Shown one piece after another: positions 10,161 through 19,956 of a stretch of DNA of 64,000 nucleotides. This DNA comes from an uncultured bacterium (GTDB lineage Bacteria; Electryoneota; RPQS01; CBDVBD01): NCBI GenBank assembly GCA_965372135.1, contig CBDVBD010000001.1, positions 3,964 to 67,963 of the forward strand, given 5' to 3'. Made by a program: the position numbers and the translations under genes. The first letter of the stretch is position 1; every line of letters begins with the position of its first letter. Below the pieces are notes generated by a model. The model had not been told where the DNA came from and ran no database searches. It saw only the letters and a list, made by a program, of their open reading frames with translations.

Positions 10161-10256
10161 ATGAAACCCCACACTTTGCCAATTACCATAACGATCATTT
10201 TACTGATCGTAAGCGGGGTATTCGTGTCATCGGTTGGTGAAATTATAGAAGTTTGA
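10161..10256 (+). CDS. Candidate 31-aa hydrophobic peptide (single TM)
   Basis: Strong RBS GGAGAG 7 nt upstream of the ATG. Sequence MKPHTLPITITIILLIVSGVFVSSVGEIIEV. Not verifiable from sequence alone. Confidence 0.25.
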   Translation: MKPHTLPITITIILLIVSGVFVSSVGEIIEV

Positions 10257-10482
10257 AAATCGCAGCAAAATTGAGTCCCAGTAGGTTTTCCTCCCAGCTG
10301 CAGACGGTTTGCGGAATGTTTCCGGTTCGGAATGAATATTCAGTCGATTGCCGGACGAAAAACCCGACAGGAACTTGGTTCTATATTTTTTGGTGAAATT
10401 ACTTCTTATCACCAATGTAATCAGAAACTAAAATCTCAAAAACTAGAATAATCTACTATTATGTAAAAAATCGAAAAACTTC

Positions 10483-10511
10483 TTGACAATTGATTTTCCT
10501 ATGATTATGTT
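10483..10511 (+). promoter_or_regulatory. Sigma-70-like promoter candidate (TTGACA-17-TATGTT)
   Basis: TTGACA at 10483-10488, a 17-nt spacer, then TATGTT at 10506-10511. Confidence 0.3.
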
Positions 10512-10650
10512 TTGTCATGTGATAAGAGATTCGTTTGAAACATTGGAGGAAATACACTTCGTGGAGTAATAGCTGGTTATTATATGTACCTGGGTCGAAG
10601 ATAAGCCCCCAAATCATGCAGATAGCTGAATTCACCGATTAGAGATACCC

Positions 10651-10684
10651 CCGACCTTCGACCGGTCGGTTTATTTTTTTTATT
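10651..10684 (+). terminator. Intrinsic terminator 2 nt upstream of the response-regulator start codon
   Basis: Perfect 6-bp GC stem CCGACC/GGTCGG with a 7-nt loop, then a 15-nt T-rich run TTTATTTTTTTTTATTT. Confidence 0.5.
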
Positions 10685-10685
10685 T

Positions 10686-12050
10686 ATGGGAATGATTATG
10701 AAGAAACCAAAAATTCTGTTAATTGATGATGACCCTCTGTTTCTGAAAACCACCCAGCAACAATTGGCGGAATTAGGCTATGACACTAATACTGCTCCGG
10801 ATGGAATCTCAGGTAACCGTGAGATTTCCGCTGATAATTATGCCTTAATTTTGCTGGACTTGCGCCTTCCCGACACCGATGGATTGACTTTATTAAAGAC
10901 GTGGCAAGACAAAATGATTCCCTCACCGGTTATCATGATTTCCGGCGAAGGAACCATCCCCGAAGCGGTCAAAGCCATGAAACATGGTGCGCTGGATTTC
11001 TTGGTGAAACCGGTAGATATCGATCTGTTAGAGGTGGTAGTGAAGCGTACGTTGTCTTCTCAAAAATTGGTGAAAGAGAACCTTAGGTTAAAGCAGTTGG
11101 TTCGTCCGGACAAAGCTGTTTTCCTGGGTGATAGTGATGTGGTGAAAGAGTTACTCGATATCGCTGACAAAGTGGCAGATAGCGATCATCCCATATTGCT
11201 TGAAGGCGAAACCGGAACCGGGAAACAGGTTCTGGCGCACTATATTTTACAACATTCCAACCGAATCAATGAACCGTTCGTGCAAGTGAATTGTGCAGCC
11301 ATTACCCCAACCCTGTTCGAATCAGAGCTGTTTGGACATGAAAAAGGCGCATTCACCAGCGCTCATGTCCGAAAAATCGGCAAATTGGAGCTGGTGGGTA
11401 AAGGGACTCTTTTTTTGGACGAAATTGGTGAGCTGCCGCCCGAATGTCAGGCGAAATTGTTAACTGCAGTTGAAAACAGAACCTTCGAACGGGTAGGGGG
11501 GACGTCTGTCCTCTATTTTGAAGGCAGGATCATCGCCGCCACCAATCGGAACCTGGAAGATGAAGTAACCAACGGAAATTTCAGGAAAGACCTGTTCTAC
11601 CGGCTGAACACCTTTCGGCTAAATTTACCTCCTTTGAGGGAACATATCGAGGATATACCCATATATATCAACCACACTTTAGACCAATGCGGGCGGAAAT
11701 ACGGTAGTACTTTCGATTCACCGGAACCGGACGTGCTGGAGCAGCTAAAGAAATATCATTGGCACGGTAATGTCCGTGAAGTCATCCATCATGTTGAGCG
11801 TATCGCGCTGTTTTCCGACAGCAAAAAAATTCCCAAACGCCTCTGGCTGACTTTACCTTCGCTGGTGCAAGACCCATCCACTGATGAATATGAAACCAAC
11901 CTGCAAACCGCCATAGATTCCTTCAAAGAGCAGCACATATTGAAAATACTGGCAAATTGCGGTGAGAATCAGACCGAAGCGGCAAAACGCTTAGGCATTG
12001 GTCGCACTTACCTAAATCGATTATTATCATCATATAAAGATCATAAGTGA
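10686..12050 (+). CDS. Sigma-54-dependent response regulator (NtrC family: REC + AAA+ + HTH)
   Basis: REC domain (LLIDDD..., D54-like LLDLRLPD). Sigma-54 interaction domain with Walker A GETGTGKQ and motif ESELFGHEKGAFT. C-terminal HTH. The true start may be the Met at 10692 or 10698. Confidence 0.9.
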   Translation: MGMIMKKPKILLIDDDPLFLKTTQQQLAELGYDTNTAPDGISGNREISADNYALILLDLRLPDTDGLTLLKTWQDKMIPSPVIMISGEGTIPEAVKAMKHGALDFLVKPVDIDLLEVVVKRTLSSQKLVKENLRLKQLVRPDKAVFLGDSDVVKELLDIADKVADSDHPILLEGETGTGKQVLAHYILQHSNRINEPFVQVNCAAITPTLFESELFGHEKGAFTSAHVRKIGKLELVGKGTLFLDEIGELPPECQAKLLTAVENRTFERVGGTSVLYFEGRIIAATNRNLEDEVTNGNFRKDLFYRLNTFRLNLPPLREHIEDIPIYINHTLDQCGRKYGSTFDSPEPDVLEQLKKYHWHGNVREVIHHVERIALFSDSKKIPKRLWLTLPSLVQDPSTDEYETNLQTAIDSFKEQHILKILANCGENQTEAAKRLGIGRTYLNRLLSSYKDHK

Positions 12051-14506
12051 GCGCTATTCCCATCAAATATCAACGTTCCATTGCGGTCATCTGCTTTATC
12101 TGTATTGGATTGATTGGCACCGTCAACGTATCCCGTCGGATGCATTTTGGAATCAATGTCGACCAGATCGACGGACACACATTCATTAGTTCAATCGAAC
12201 CGGGAAGTCACCCTGAAATTGCTGGGTTACAGGTTGGTGATGAGCTATTGGCAGTGGACGGTAAAATCGTTCAGAACAAAGCGGTTGCCAGATGGATTCT
12301 AATAGGTGTAGAATCCAGGTCACCGTCTGTTTTTCTTGTCCAGCGAGGTGACGAACGATTCAACATCACACTCCCGCCGGAATCACAATTCGATATCGGA
12401 TTTCTGATTCTAAATGCGCTGTTGGGTATCACTTTTATCATCGTCGGCACCGTAGTGTGGTGGAACGGTTTTTCGGATGCAACAGTCCGATCTTTCTTTC
12501 GGTTGAACTGTTTTGCCGGAGCCGCTATCCTTCTATTCTCACATGAAAACACTCTGCATCCATTATTGCTGCACCATGCATATTCCTTCGCCTGGTTATT
12601 TACCTATTGCATGATACCATCGGCACTGTTGGAATTCATAATCAGATTTTCAAATTATTTTGAACAACCACGCCGTCACTCGACCACCGTCATCATCCCA
12701 TATTTACCTCCCATCGCGACATTCTTAACCCTAAGTGTTTTCTATCACTACGCTTACAATTCTTTTAGTCCGCACTGGATTACCCGCTATGAAACATTAT
12801 TTAATATAGGTTTCGGCGGGATTCTGTTAATCTACTTCACCGGCAGTATCTTATTATTGCTGCGAAACTATCTCAAACCGTCGAATCAGGTGGAAAAAGA
12901 CCGCATTCGCTGGCTGCTCATTTGCACATTCCTCGGGCTGGCGCCATTTTTCTTACTCTATAAAGTACCCGCGCTTTTCGGCTTAAATCCCTTTATTCCC
13001 CTTTGGACGGCATTTACACTGATGTTAATCGTCCCCATCGGTTGGGGGATGGCGGTGGCATCGTTCCGGATGTTGAAATTGGAATGGGTGCTGTCCCGGA
13101 CCATCGTCTATGCAATTTCCGCCGCCCTGGTTCTATATTTAATGTTAACGGCAGCGTCAAGCAGCATCGGATATGTTCAATACAAAGATACCACCTCCTT
13201 GATCGTTTTGTCGGTGCTCGGAATTGTGACGATATCCTTAGCAGTCTCAGGATTAATCGGATATGTTCGCAAGTTTATCGACCGGATTTACTACCACGAC
13301 TGGTACCGGTACGAAAAAGCGCTTCACGATCTTGGGGTGGAGCTATCCGGCTCCATCACCGAAAAAGCTATCGTTGAAATCCTTACCGAACGTTTTCCTT
13401 CAATATTGAAAATCACAAAAGCGACACTTCTAATCAAAAGCGATGACGGCAGCTTTCTGCTGCCCCATCAAACCACAGAACCAGGTAAAGGGAGGTTGGA
13501 GACAATTCAAAAATTACAAAAAGACTTTGCGGATATTACTAATTTCCCAAAAGATAGTCGTCTCGAACTGTCATCCTCCGATATAGGCGAACTTGGATAC
13601 CAGTATGTGTTGTACCTGGTGCATACCAGCGACATCATTGGCATCTTATTGCTGAGCAAAAAACTCTCAGGTGCACCCTTCAGCATTCGCGATCATCAAT
13701 TACTGGAGACTATGTCGAGTTATGCCGGCACCGCTATTGCCAATTTGGGTCTCACCCGCAAGTTGCTTGATACCGAGAAACGCGGATTGGCCGTGGACAT
13801 GGCGGGCGGGATAGCTCATGAAATCAACAATGCCCTGTCGCCCTTAATGGGACAAGCCCAACTAATTGAACGTTCTCTGTCACGAAGCCCTGAATCCGAA
13901 GGACAACGGGAAATGACTCAAAGAACTAATATAATCGTCGATATGTGTAATCGTATTAAGCGAATCGCTCTGAACTTAGGAAAAATTTCAGAACCCCTCC
14001 ACCTTGAGAAAACCTCGCTGTCTTTGAATGATGTCGTGGAAGAAATCCTGCAGATAATGTCCGAAACTGCCGGTCGCATTAAGCGTTACAAACTAAATGA
14101 TCCCCACGCCAAATTCCAGCTTTTCAAAAATTTGGATAAAAATCTGCCCTCAATAACAGCCGACCATCAGCAGTTAAACCAAGTATTTATGAATCTCATC
14201 CTAAATGCTTCAGATGCCATGGAGCCGCAAGGGCAGGGTACCCTAACAGTTAGAACCCAATTTGCGCAGGAACAGAATTCCGTGGTGGGATTTGTCGAGG
14301 ACACCGGTCCCGGAATTCCACACCATTTGAAGGACAAAATTCTCCAACCCTATTTTACCACCAAAGAAGAGGGCAAAGGAACCGGACTGGGATTATCCAT
14401 CGTCCGCTCCATAATCGAAGCCCACGGCGGTCAATTAAAAATCCACTCCACCGAAGGTCACGGCACCCGCATAGAATTCACCCTCCCCATCAGCAAGTCT
14501 GACTAA
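12047..14506 (+). CDS. Sensor histidine kinase with N-terminal PDZ-like domain and multi-TM sensor region
   Basis: PDZ-like GLQVGDELLAVDG. At least 8 predicted TM helices. HisKA H-box HEINNALSPL. HATPase_c G-boxes DTGPGI and GTGLGLSIV. Overlaps the RR gene by 4 nt. Confidence 0.85.
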   Translation: MSAIPIKYQRSIAVICFICIGLIGTVNVSRRMHFGINVDQIDGHTFISSIEPGSHPEIAGLQVGDELLAVDGKIVQNKAVARWILIGVESRSPSVFLVQRGDERFNITLPPESQFDIGFLILNALLGITFIIVGTVVWWNGFSDATVRSFFRLNCFAGAAILLFSHENTLHPLLLHHAYSFAWLFTYCMIPSALLEFIIRFSNYFEQPRRHSTTVIIPYLPPIATFLTLSVFYHYAYNSFSPHWITRYETLFNIGFGGILLIYFTGSILLLLRNYLKPSNQVEKDRIRWLLICTFLGLAPFFLLYKVPALFGLNPFIPLWTAFTLMLIVPIGWGMAVASFRMLKLEWVLSRTIVYAISAALVLYLMLTAASSSIGYVQYKDTTSLIVLSVLGIVTISLAVSGLIGYVRKFIDRIYYHDWYRYEKALHDLGVELSGSITEKAIVEILTERFPSILKITKATLLIKSDDGSFLLPHQTTEPGKGRLETIQKLQKDFADITNFPKDSRLELSSSDIGELGYQYVLYLVHTSDIIGILLLSKKLSGAPFSIRDHQLLETMSSYAGTAIANLGLTRKLLDTEKRGLAVDMAGGIAHEINNALSPLMGQAQLIERSLSRSPESEGQREMTQRTNIIVDMCNRIKRIALNLGKISEPLHLEKTSLSLNDVVEEILQIMSETAGRIKRYKLNDPHAKFQLFKNLDKNLPSITADHQQLNQVFMNLILNASDAMEPQGQGTLTVRTQFAQEQNSVVGFVEDTGPGIPHHLKDKILQPYFTTKEEGKGTGLGLSIVRSIIEAHGGQLKIHSTEGHGTRIEFTLPISKSD

Positions 14507-14651
14507 TTATCACTTCCCTTCACTTCCCTTAAACAGAATCCAAGCCTGCATTTCTCATGTATGATTCTCTGAAACAAGTGTATAGTGCAAAGCACAGTCT
14601 GACTTGTTCTCAAATCTGATTAACTTATTAAATAATAACCTATAATGATTG

Positions 14652-14667
14652 TGGCATGGCTATTGTA
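14652..14667 (+). promoter_or_regulatory. Sigma-54-like -24/-12 element TGGCATG-N4-TTGT (GC to GT at -12)
   Basis: GG-N10-G(T) spacing correct. Lies about 50 nt upstream of the ATG at 14716. Shares TGGCATGGCT with the element at 16969. Confidence 0.35.
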
Positions 14668-14715
14668 TTTAGATGGTGCAGAACTTCACTGAACACCTAA
14701 TTGGAGGAAATTAGA

Positions 14716-15198
14716 ATGTACCATCAAAACAAGATTCGCCCCTCAATCTTTAAGGGTTTTTGTTTTCTGAATCATTCCTTGCGGAAAAGCATTTTTTGGA
14801 ATACAATGATCTGTGTTCTCTGCGTTCTAATATTTGCTTCCATTGGACTTACTCAGATGGACTATGCCTCTCTGTCAAGTGATGATATGGTCGGATCGTA
14901 TGGGCAACCAAGTGAAGACGACAACCCACCTGCTGCTCCGTCATCCACCAAGAGATTTCGTATTTCTTTGAGCTGGGCTTTGATACAGGCAGAACCCAGT
15001 GATGGTTTGATTCACACATTCTCATCATCTGAATCTGGTGGATCCAATGGTGGTTTTCTCAGCGCGCTGCTCCATATCAATCAAGGTAAACCGCTTGCAT
15101 CGGCTTTTGGAATCAATTGTTGCATCACCGACGGTCTCGGTTTAGAACTAACGGTGCGCATCGTTGCCAATGATGGGGTGAGTGGCGCAAGCAGCTAA
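14716..15198 (+). CDS. Hypothetical membrane-anchored protein
   Basis: ATG at 14716 preceded by GGAGGA. One N-terminal TM (MICVLCVLIFASIGL). No recognisable domain. Confidence 0.4.
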   Translation: MYHQNKIRPSIFKGFCFLNHSLRKSIFWNTMICVLCVLIFASIGLTQMDYASLSSDDMVGSYGQPSEDDNPPAAPSSTKRFRISLSWALIQAEPSDGLIHTFSSSESGGSNGGFLSALLHINQGKPLASAFGINCCITDGLGLELTVRIVANDGVSGASS

Positions 15199-15261
15199 TC
15201 CCATCCGGGCGGTGATGAGAACAACACACATCAACCACTTTAGCTGGAGAAGGGAGTCATC

Positions 15262-15813
15262 ATGAAAACCCTATCATCTTACCGAGCTGCAATTGTAATT
15301 GGATTGTCGGTGGCAATCCTTCCGGTTGGGCTTTCAGCGCAGCCTCGGTCACCGGAAAATGGAACCACTTATGTTCGATAAAATTGTAGTGGACCCCGAC
15401 TGGGTTTTACCTATGTGCCGGGAGATAACGAAGTCTGGCGGAAATTGGATGACAAAAACATGGGTCGCGTGTTTACTCAGTTTGGTTGGCAATTTGAATA
15501 TGTAGTGGTTCCCAAAGGTAGAGGGCCATCTTACGCCATCGAATTTCTTCCCCTTATCGCGGGTGTTGAATATGGAAGGTTCATTCCAAGTGGAACGCTA
15601 ACGATGGGCATCCGTGCTGCTGGAGGCTTTGAGTTTGCAGTAGGACCAACCGTTTTACCATGGAAAGCCGCGCTGTCAATTCAAACTGGTACCAGTATAC
15701 ATTTCGACGAAACAAACATCCCGGTGCGATTGATTTACACACATAATCCCGATGGCAGCATTATTTCATTATTGGTCGGCTATGCCATCGGTAAAGCGAA
15801 GTCGGAATCGTAG
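15262..15813 (+). pseudogene. Signal-peptide / outer-membrane beta-barrel-like ORF interrupted by one in-frame TAA (15379-15381)
   Basis: ATG at 15262 encodes a signal peptide (MKTLSSYRAAIVIGLSVAILPVGLSAQP). The same frame continues after the TAA into a 145-aa beta-strand-alternating sequence ending ...GYAIGKAKSES. RBS GGAGAAGGGAG upstream. Confidence 0.4.
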
Positions 15814-15905
15814 CATCCTTCAGCCCAATTCCTTTAGTTCAAACCATGCTTTGCATTAATCTGTTACTATTTGGCTGAAACGCGGAATTCGGTTTCATAA
15901 TAATT

Positions 15906-16775
15906 TTGTATTGCAATAAGGTGTTCACGTCTTTGGAGATTTCACCGGTATTATTGGAAAAAGAATCCAGACTTTTGAGGCAAATGATGGACGCTGGAAC
16001 AACATTCGCGGTTAATGAGATGGATCGATATGAAGCACAGCCTAATATTCATAAATGGCTGTTTATTTTCGGACTGTGCTTCGCTGTCTGGCATATCATC
16101 CCGGTGTTCCTGGGTTGGGAAATCAAGGGTAAGTTTACAATCGGCGACCTGGTAGATCTATCCACACCGTTCGTTCTACTCGGACTTGTGCTAAAATTGT
16201 ATTTCATATTACAGCGACAGCGAAGAGAAACAGAGGGATGGGAAAGAGTCTCCATTTTTGGTCAACTTCTACTAATTTTCGGCGCCATTGTCTTCGTCCA
16301 GGGACACGGTATCCATCTCGCCAGCAACGCCATTTATCGATACTTAGTCGGAAACCCAACCTCGCCTCTGTCTTCACTAACCTATTTCTTTGATGAGATC
16401 CAAAGCCATTTCTTCTGGGATTCGGGATTATTGCTGATCGCGTTCGGACTGATTCTGCTTGACTATTGTTCGGATTCCCGATCAGAACCAATATCGGCAC
16501 CATCTAAACGTTGGATTTTCTGCGGTGCCTTATTATATGGATTCACCCATTTCTGCAATGGCGTGGAAGGACAAACCGCTGTTTTGACTTTCCCGGCAGC
16601 AGTTCTTATCCCAGTTCTCCTTGTCCTAATATCCTGGGTAATGCATCTGCGATTGCTGCTTAGTCCTGTTATCCTCTTCTATTTTACCGCATTCCTCACT
16701 GCCGACATCCTCTTCATTTTCTGGGGCATACTGCACAAAGGATTCCCCCAATTCAGTGAATTGGGCTGGTTCTAA
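15906..16775 (+). CDS. Integral membrane protein (about 8 TM), unknown function
   Basis: Multiple hydrophobic helices. No recognisable motif. Confidence 0.5.
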   Translation: MYCNKVFTSLEISPVLLEKESRLLRQMMDAGTTFAVNEMDRYEAQPNIHKWLFIFGLCFAVWHIIPVFLGWEIKGKFTIGDLVDLSTPFVLLGLVLKLYFILQRQRRETEGWERVSIFGQLLLIFGAIVFVQGHGIHLASNAIYRYLVGNPTSPLSSLTYFFDEIQSHFFWDSGLLLIAFGLILLDYCSDSRSEPISAPSKRWIFCGALLYGFTHFCNGVEGQTAVLTFPAAVLIPVLLVLISWVMHLRLLLSPVILFYFTAFLTADILFIFWGILHKGFPQFSELGWF

Positions 16776-16968
16776 GCCCCGACACTGAAAACATTCCCTC
16801 AAAATCCTGTCCAAAGCAACTCAATTTCCCTGATATACCCCTCACTACTTATCTGCCTACCTAAGCGCGTATTCAGTGTACACAAAAGCATTAATCTGTT
16901 CAATTCTCTATACACTTCCCTGGAATTTCCTATAATGTAATACATTATCATTCAGTTACTTAAATCAT

Positions 16969-16984
16969 TGGCATGGCTTTTGAG
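16969..16984 (+). promoter_or_regulatory. Sigma-54-like -24/-12 element TGGCATG-N4-TTGA
   Basis: Same TGGCATGGCT core and spacing as the element at 14652. Lies about 55 nt upstream of the ATG at 17039. Confidence 0.3.
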
Positions 16985-17038
16985 TTATAGCAAAGCGTAA
17001 GTGTAGAAATGTTTTTTTGGGTTAAAGAAGAGGTTGTC

Positions 17039-18379
17039 ATGAAAAATCGTAATAGACTGGTATTGCTAATTGCATTAATGGTCGCAGCTGTGCTTAGTGG
17101 TTGCGATTCACCTATGGGACCTGACGAACCAAAACAACCCAAGAGTACCGGGCATTCTCCTCCGTTACCTGGAAATCTGCTAATTAATGTTGAATCGGAT
17201 GAGAGTGAATTCGATAGCGTCCTGTGCTTTGTACCCTCATATTCATTAGAGTTAATTAAAATGCTGCATGAAGGAGACTGCTATACTGTCAATATACAAC
17301 TGGATTCTGGAAGTTATAACATAATTTCCGAGGGATACCGTGAAGGACATGCAACTTATTCAGGATTTGGTACAGGACAGGTATCATCAAATCAAACAAC
17401 AACCATCGATATTTCATTGTCCCAAAAGGCATATGAGGTTGTAGGTTCCACTGATTTATTTGGGAGAGCAGAGAAAGTTGTTGTTGTAGGTAACTACGCT
17501 TATGTGCAGGTTAACAGTGCGTATCCTACTTATGATCCTGGTCTTCAAATAATTGATATCTCCAATCCTGACAATCCTACTTCTGTTGGATTCTACCGGT
17601 CAACATATTCGTTTCGAGATATTGCAGTTGCTGGAGGCTATGCCTATGCAGTGTGTGGAGGCTTAAGAGTGATCGATGTCTCCAACCCTTCTGGACCCAT
17701 AGAAGTTGGATGTCTTGTATCCACCATAATTGCTTTTGCCGCAAGAAATATCGAAATTAACGGGAATTACGCTTATGTTTCGGGATACATCAATTTTTAT
17801 GGATGTGGCATGTATCTTTGGGTGATCGATATTTCAAATCCCACTAATCCTGTGCAAGTTGGATTTAACTACACGATGGGAACGCTCTGTAGTGTCATTG
17901 AGGTCTCAGATCAATTCGCTTATTTAGCATGTGGGCAAAATGGTTTAATGGTTATGGATGTATCCGATCCAACAAATCCCAATGAAGTAGCTCAATGTGG
18001 ATTTTCCTATGCTGCATGGAAGATATCCGTCTCCGACGACTACATCTATGTCGCTGGAGATTCCCCTAATATAACGATTGCGGATATATCTACACCTTCA
18101 GATCCCGTAGAAGTTGGTTGTTGTTATTATATCTGGTATCCAAATGAAATTGCGGTATCCCAGGATTTCGGTTATGCTGTTACCGATTACAGTTTGATTG
18201 AAGTTAAGGCTACAGATCCTTCCAATCCAATTATTACAGGCTTATGCAGGCTCCCACAAGATACAAAGAGTATTGCCATTTCTGGTGATTACGCTTACGT
18301 AGCCTGTGATTCGAATGGATTGCAGACTGTTTACATTGGTGAGAAGCGACGGAAAAACGAAAATGTGGAGGAAGAGTAA
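17039..18379 (+). CDS. LVIVD-repeat beta-propeller lipoprotein
   Basis: Lipobox LSGCDSP. Six repeats of the (L/V)x(V/I)(I/M)D(I/V)S(N/D/T)P..P..VG pattern, e.g. LQIIDISNPDNP and LRVIDVSNPSGP. Real start likely ATG 17039 (RBS AAGAGG). The ORF track started at 17009. Confidence 0.75.
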   Translation: MKNRNRLVLLIALMVAAVLSGCDSPMGPDEPKQPKSTGHSPPLPGNLLINVESDESEFDSVLCFVPSYSLELIKMLHEGDCYTVNIQLDSGSYNIISEGYREGHATYSGFGTGQVSSNQTTTIDISLSQKAYEVVGSTDLFGRAEKVVVVGNYAYVQVNSAYPTYDPGLQIIDISNPDNPTSVGFYRSTYSFRDIAVAGGYAYAVCGGLRVIDVSNPSGPIEVGCLVSTIIAFAARNIEINGNYAYVSGYINFYGCGMYLWVIDISNPTNPVQVGFNYTMGTLCSVIEVSDQFAYLACGQNGLMVMDVSDPTNPNEVAQCGFSYAAWKISVSDDYIYVAGDSPNITIADISTPSDPVEVGCCYYIWYPNEIAVSQDFGYAVTDYSLIEVKATDPSNPIITGLCRLPQDTKSIAISGDYAYVACDSNGLQTVYIGEKRRKNENVEEE

Positions 18380-18999
18380 TGAAAAAGCAAATGCATAATC
18401 AAAATGGAACGTTGGACCGATTCCTTGCCACCTTCAATCAATTTATCGGAAGTGGTGTCCTGATCGCCGTTGTCATTCTATCTGGTGCCACTGTTGTTTC
18501 AGCCGCACAGAAATCACAAATCAAAAAGATTCCTTGTGTAACCGTCGTCAGCAAAAACGGTGACCAGCACCCCGGTAGAGTGTTTGATGTTTCTGACACA
18601 TCACTAACACTGTGGTGCAGCGAAGAGCTGTATAGTGATCAGAATCGCAGCCAACATTCCAGGAATGTACACTACTCGGAAATCAGTCACATTATCATCG
18701 AGGAGAAAGGCAATACTGTATCTGGGGTGGTTATTGGAACGTTGCTTGGCGCAACTCTTGGATTGTTCAGTTCGCAGCTTGTACCGGTTACATGGACCAA
18801 TGTGAACTGGTCGCCGTTCGAAATGGCGGAAACCATGTTGGAAACCCCGATGGTTTTGATCTGTGCAGTCCTTGGTGGAGTCGCCGGTGCGTTGAATGGG
18901 ATCGACACAAAAGTTCAGATAAACGGCGATATCGAATCATTTCATAATATCGTACCAATTCTTCAAGAGATCAAAGTTAAAGAAGGAGAATCACCATGA
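18379..18999 (+). CDS. Secreted small protein: N-terminal KDG-type beta domain plus C-terminal glycine-zipper TM segments
   Basis: Start ATGA overlaps the upstream stop. Signal/anchor sequence. Motif VVSKNGDQHPGRVFDVSDTSLTLW. Gly-zipper segments GVVIGTLLGATLGLF and AVLGGVAGALNG. Confidence 0.5.
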   Translation: MKKQMHNQNGTLDRFLATFNQFIGSGVLIAVVILSGATVVSAAQKSQIKKIPCVTVVSKNGDQHPGRVFDVSDTSLTLWCSEELYSDQNRSQHSRNVHYSEISHIIIEEKGNTVSGVVIGTLLGATLGLFSSQLVPVTWTNVNWSPFEMAETMLETPMVLICAVLGGVAGALNGIDTKVQINGDIESFHNIVPILQEIKVKEGESP

Positions 19000-19868
19000 A
19001 GTCAACACAATATTTTTTGATTCTGATTTTACTCGTTTTATCCATCGCCTCCAATTTCGCTGTTGCACAGCAGGGCACAACCTCCCAAGATAAAGTATAC
19101 CAAATTGTGTTGAAAGACGGATCGAGGCTAATTGGGATGATTGAGGATGAGGATAACGATACCATCAGCCTAACAACCTTAATCGGCATTGAGATCAACA
19201 TCGAAAAGAATCAAATTGAGAAAATGAAGCTTCTTTCGGGTGTAGTAGTGGGTGGAAAATATCGGCGGTCTGACCCGAATTATACCAGGCTGTTCTTCGC
19301 CCCCACTGCGCGACCCCTGAAATCAGGGCAAGGGTACTTTTCCATCTATGAATTATTCCTTCCTTTTGTAGCCGTTGGCATTGGTGACGTACTCACATTA
19401 GCTGGAGGAATCTCCATATTTCCCGGAGCCCCACAACAAGTGTTTTATTTGGCGCCCAAGGTTACGCCAATCCATCTGAAGGGTATTGATATGGCAGCGG
19501 GTATTATGCACATTGGCTCAACTGGGGGAAATAGCGAAGGTATGGGCATAATCTATGGATTAGGTACATTTGGTTCAACTGCCAGTGCCTTTACGCTTGG
19601 CCTTGGGTGGGGATATGCTGGGAAAGAAACCGCCGACAAACCAATTGTCATGGTTGGGGGGGAACTGCAGGTATCCAATAGTTTTAAGTTGATCACCGAG
19701 AATTGGTTCCCGCCTGATTCGGAAGTTTCCCTCATCTCTTTTGGATTCAGGATGTTCGGTGATAACCTTGCTGCAGACCTGGGTCTCTGTAATCTGGCAG
19801 GCGCAGGAATGCGGGGATTTCCGTTTTTCCCCTGGGTTGGCTTTGTCTATAATTTCAATACAACATAA
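18996..19868 (+). CDS. Secreted protein: KDG-type N-domain plus beta-rich (barrel-like) C-terminal region
   Basis: 4-nt overlap with the upstream gene. Signal peptide. Motif IVLKDGSRLIGMIEDEDNDTISLTT. Ends ...VYNFNTT. Confidence 0.5.
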   Translation: MKSTQYFLILILLVLSIASNFAVAQQGTTSQDKVYQIVLKDGSRLIGMIEDEDNDTISLTTLIGIEINIEKNQIEKMKLLSGVVVGGKYRRSDPNYTRLFFAPTARPLKSGQGYFSIYELFLPFVAVGIGDVLTLAGGISIFPGAPQQVFYLAPKVTPIHLKGIDMAAGIMHIGSTGGNSEGMGIIYGLGTFGSTASAFTLGLGWGYAGKETADKPIVMVGGELQVSNSFKLITENWFPPDSEVSLISFGFRMFGDNLAADLGLCNLAGAGMRGFPFFPWVGFVYNFNTT

Positions 19869-19956
19869 TCATCAATTAGTGCTTGTAAGTAATTTCCTAT
19901 TTACACTAACACAAATCTTCAAGTACTATCGAACAAAAACACGTGAGGAGGAAAAA

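Noticed and set aside
10901-11086. 61-aa alternative-frame ORF inside the response-regulator gene.
   Set aside because: Out-of-frame overlap with a high-confidence NtrC-family CDS.
15299-15505. 68-aa ORF in a third frame overlapping the interrupted beta-barrel ORF.
   Set aside because: The frame-1 reading (signal peptide, TAA, then barrel-like sequence) explains this region better. This frame-2 ORF has no supporting features.
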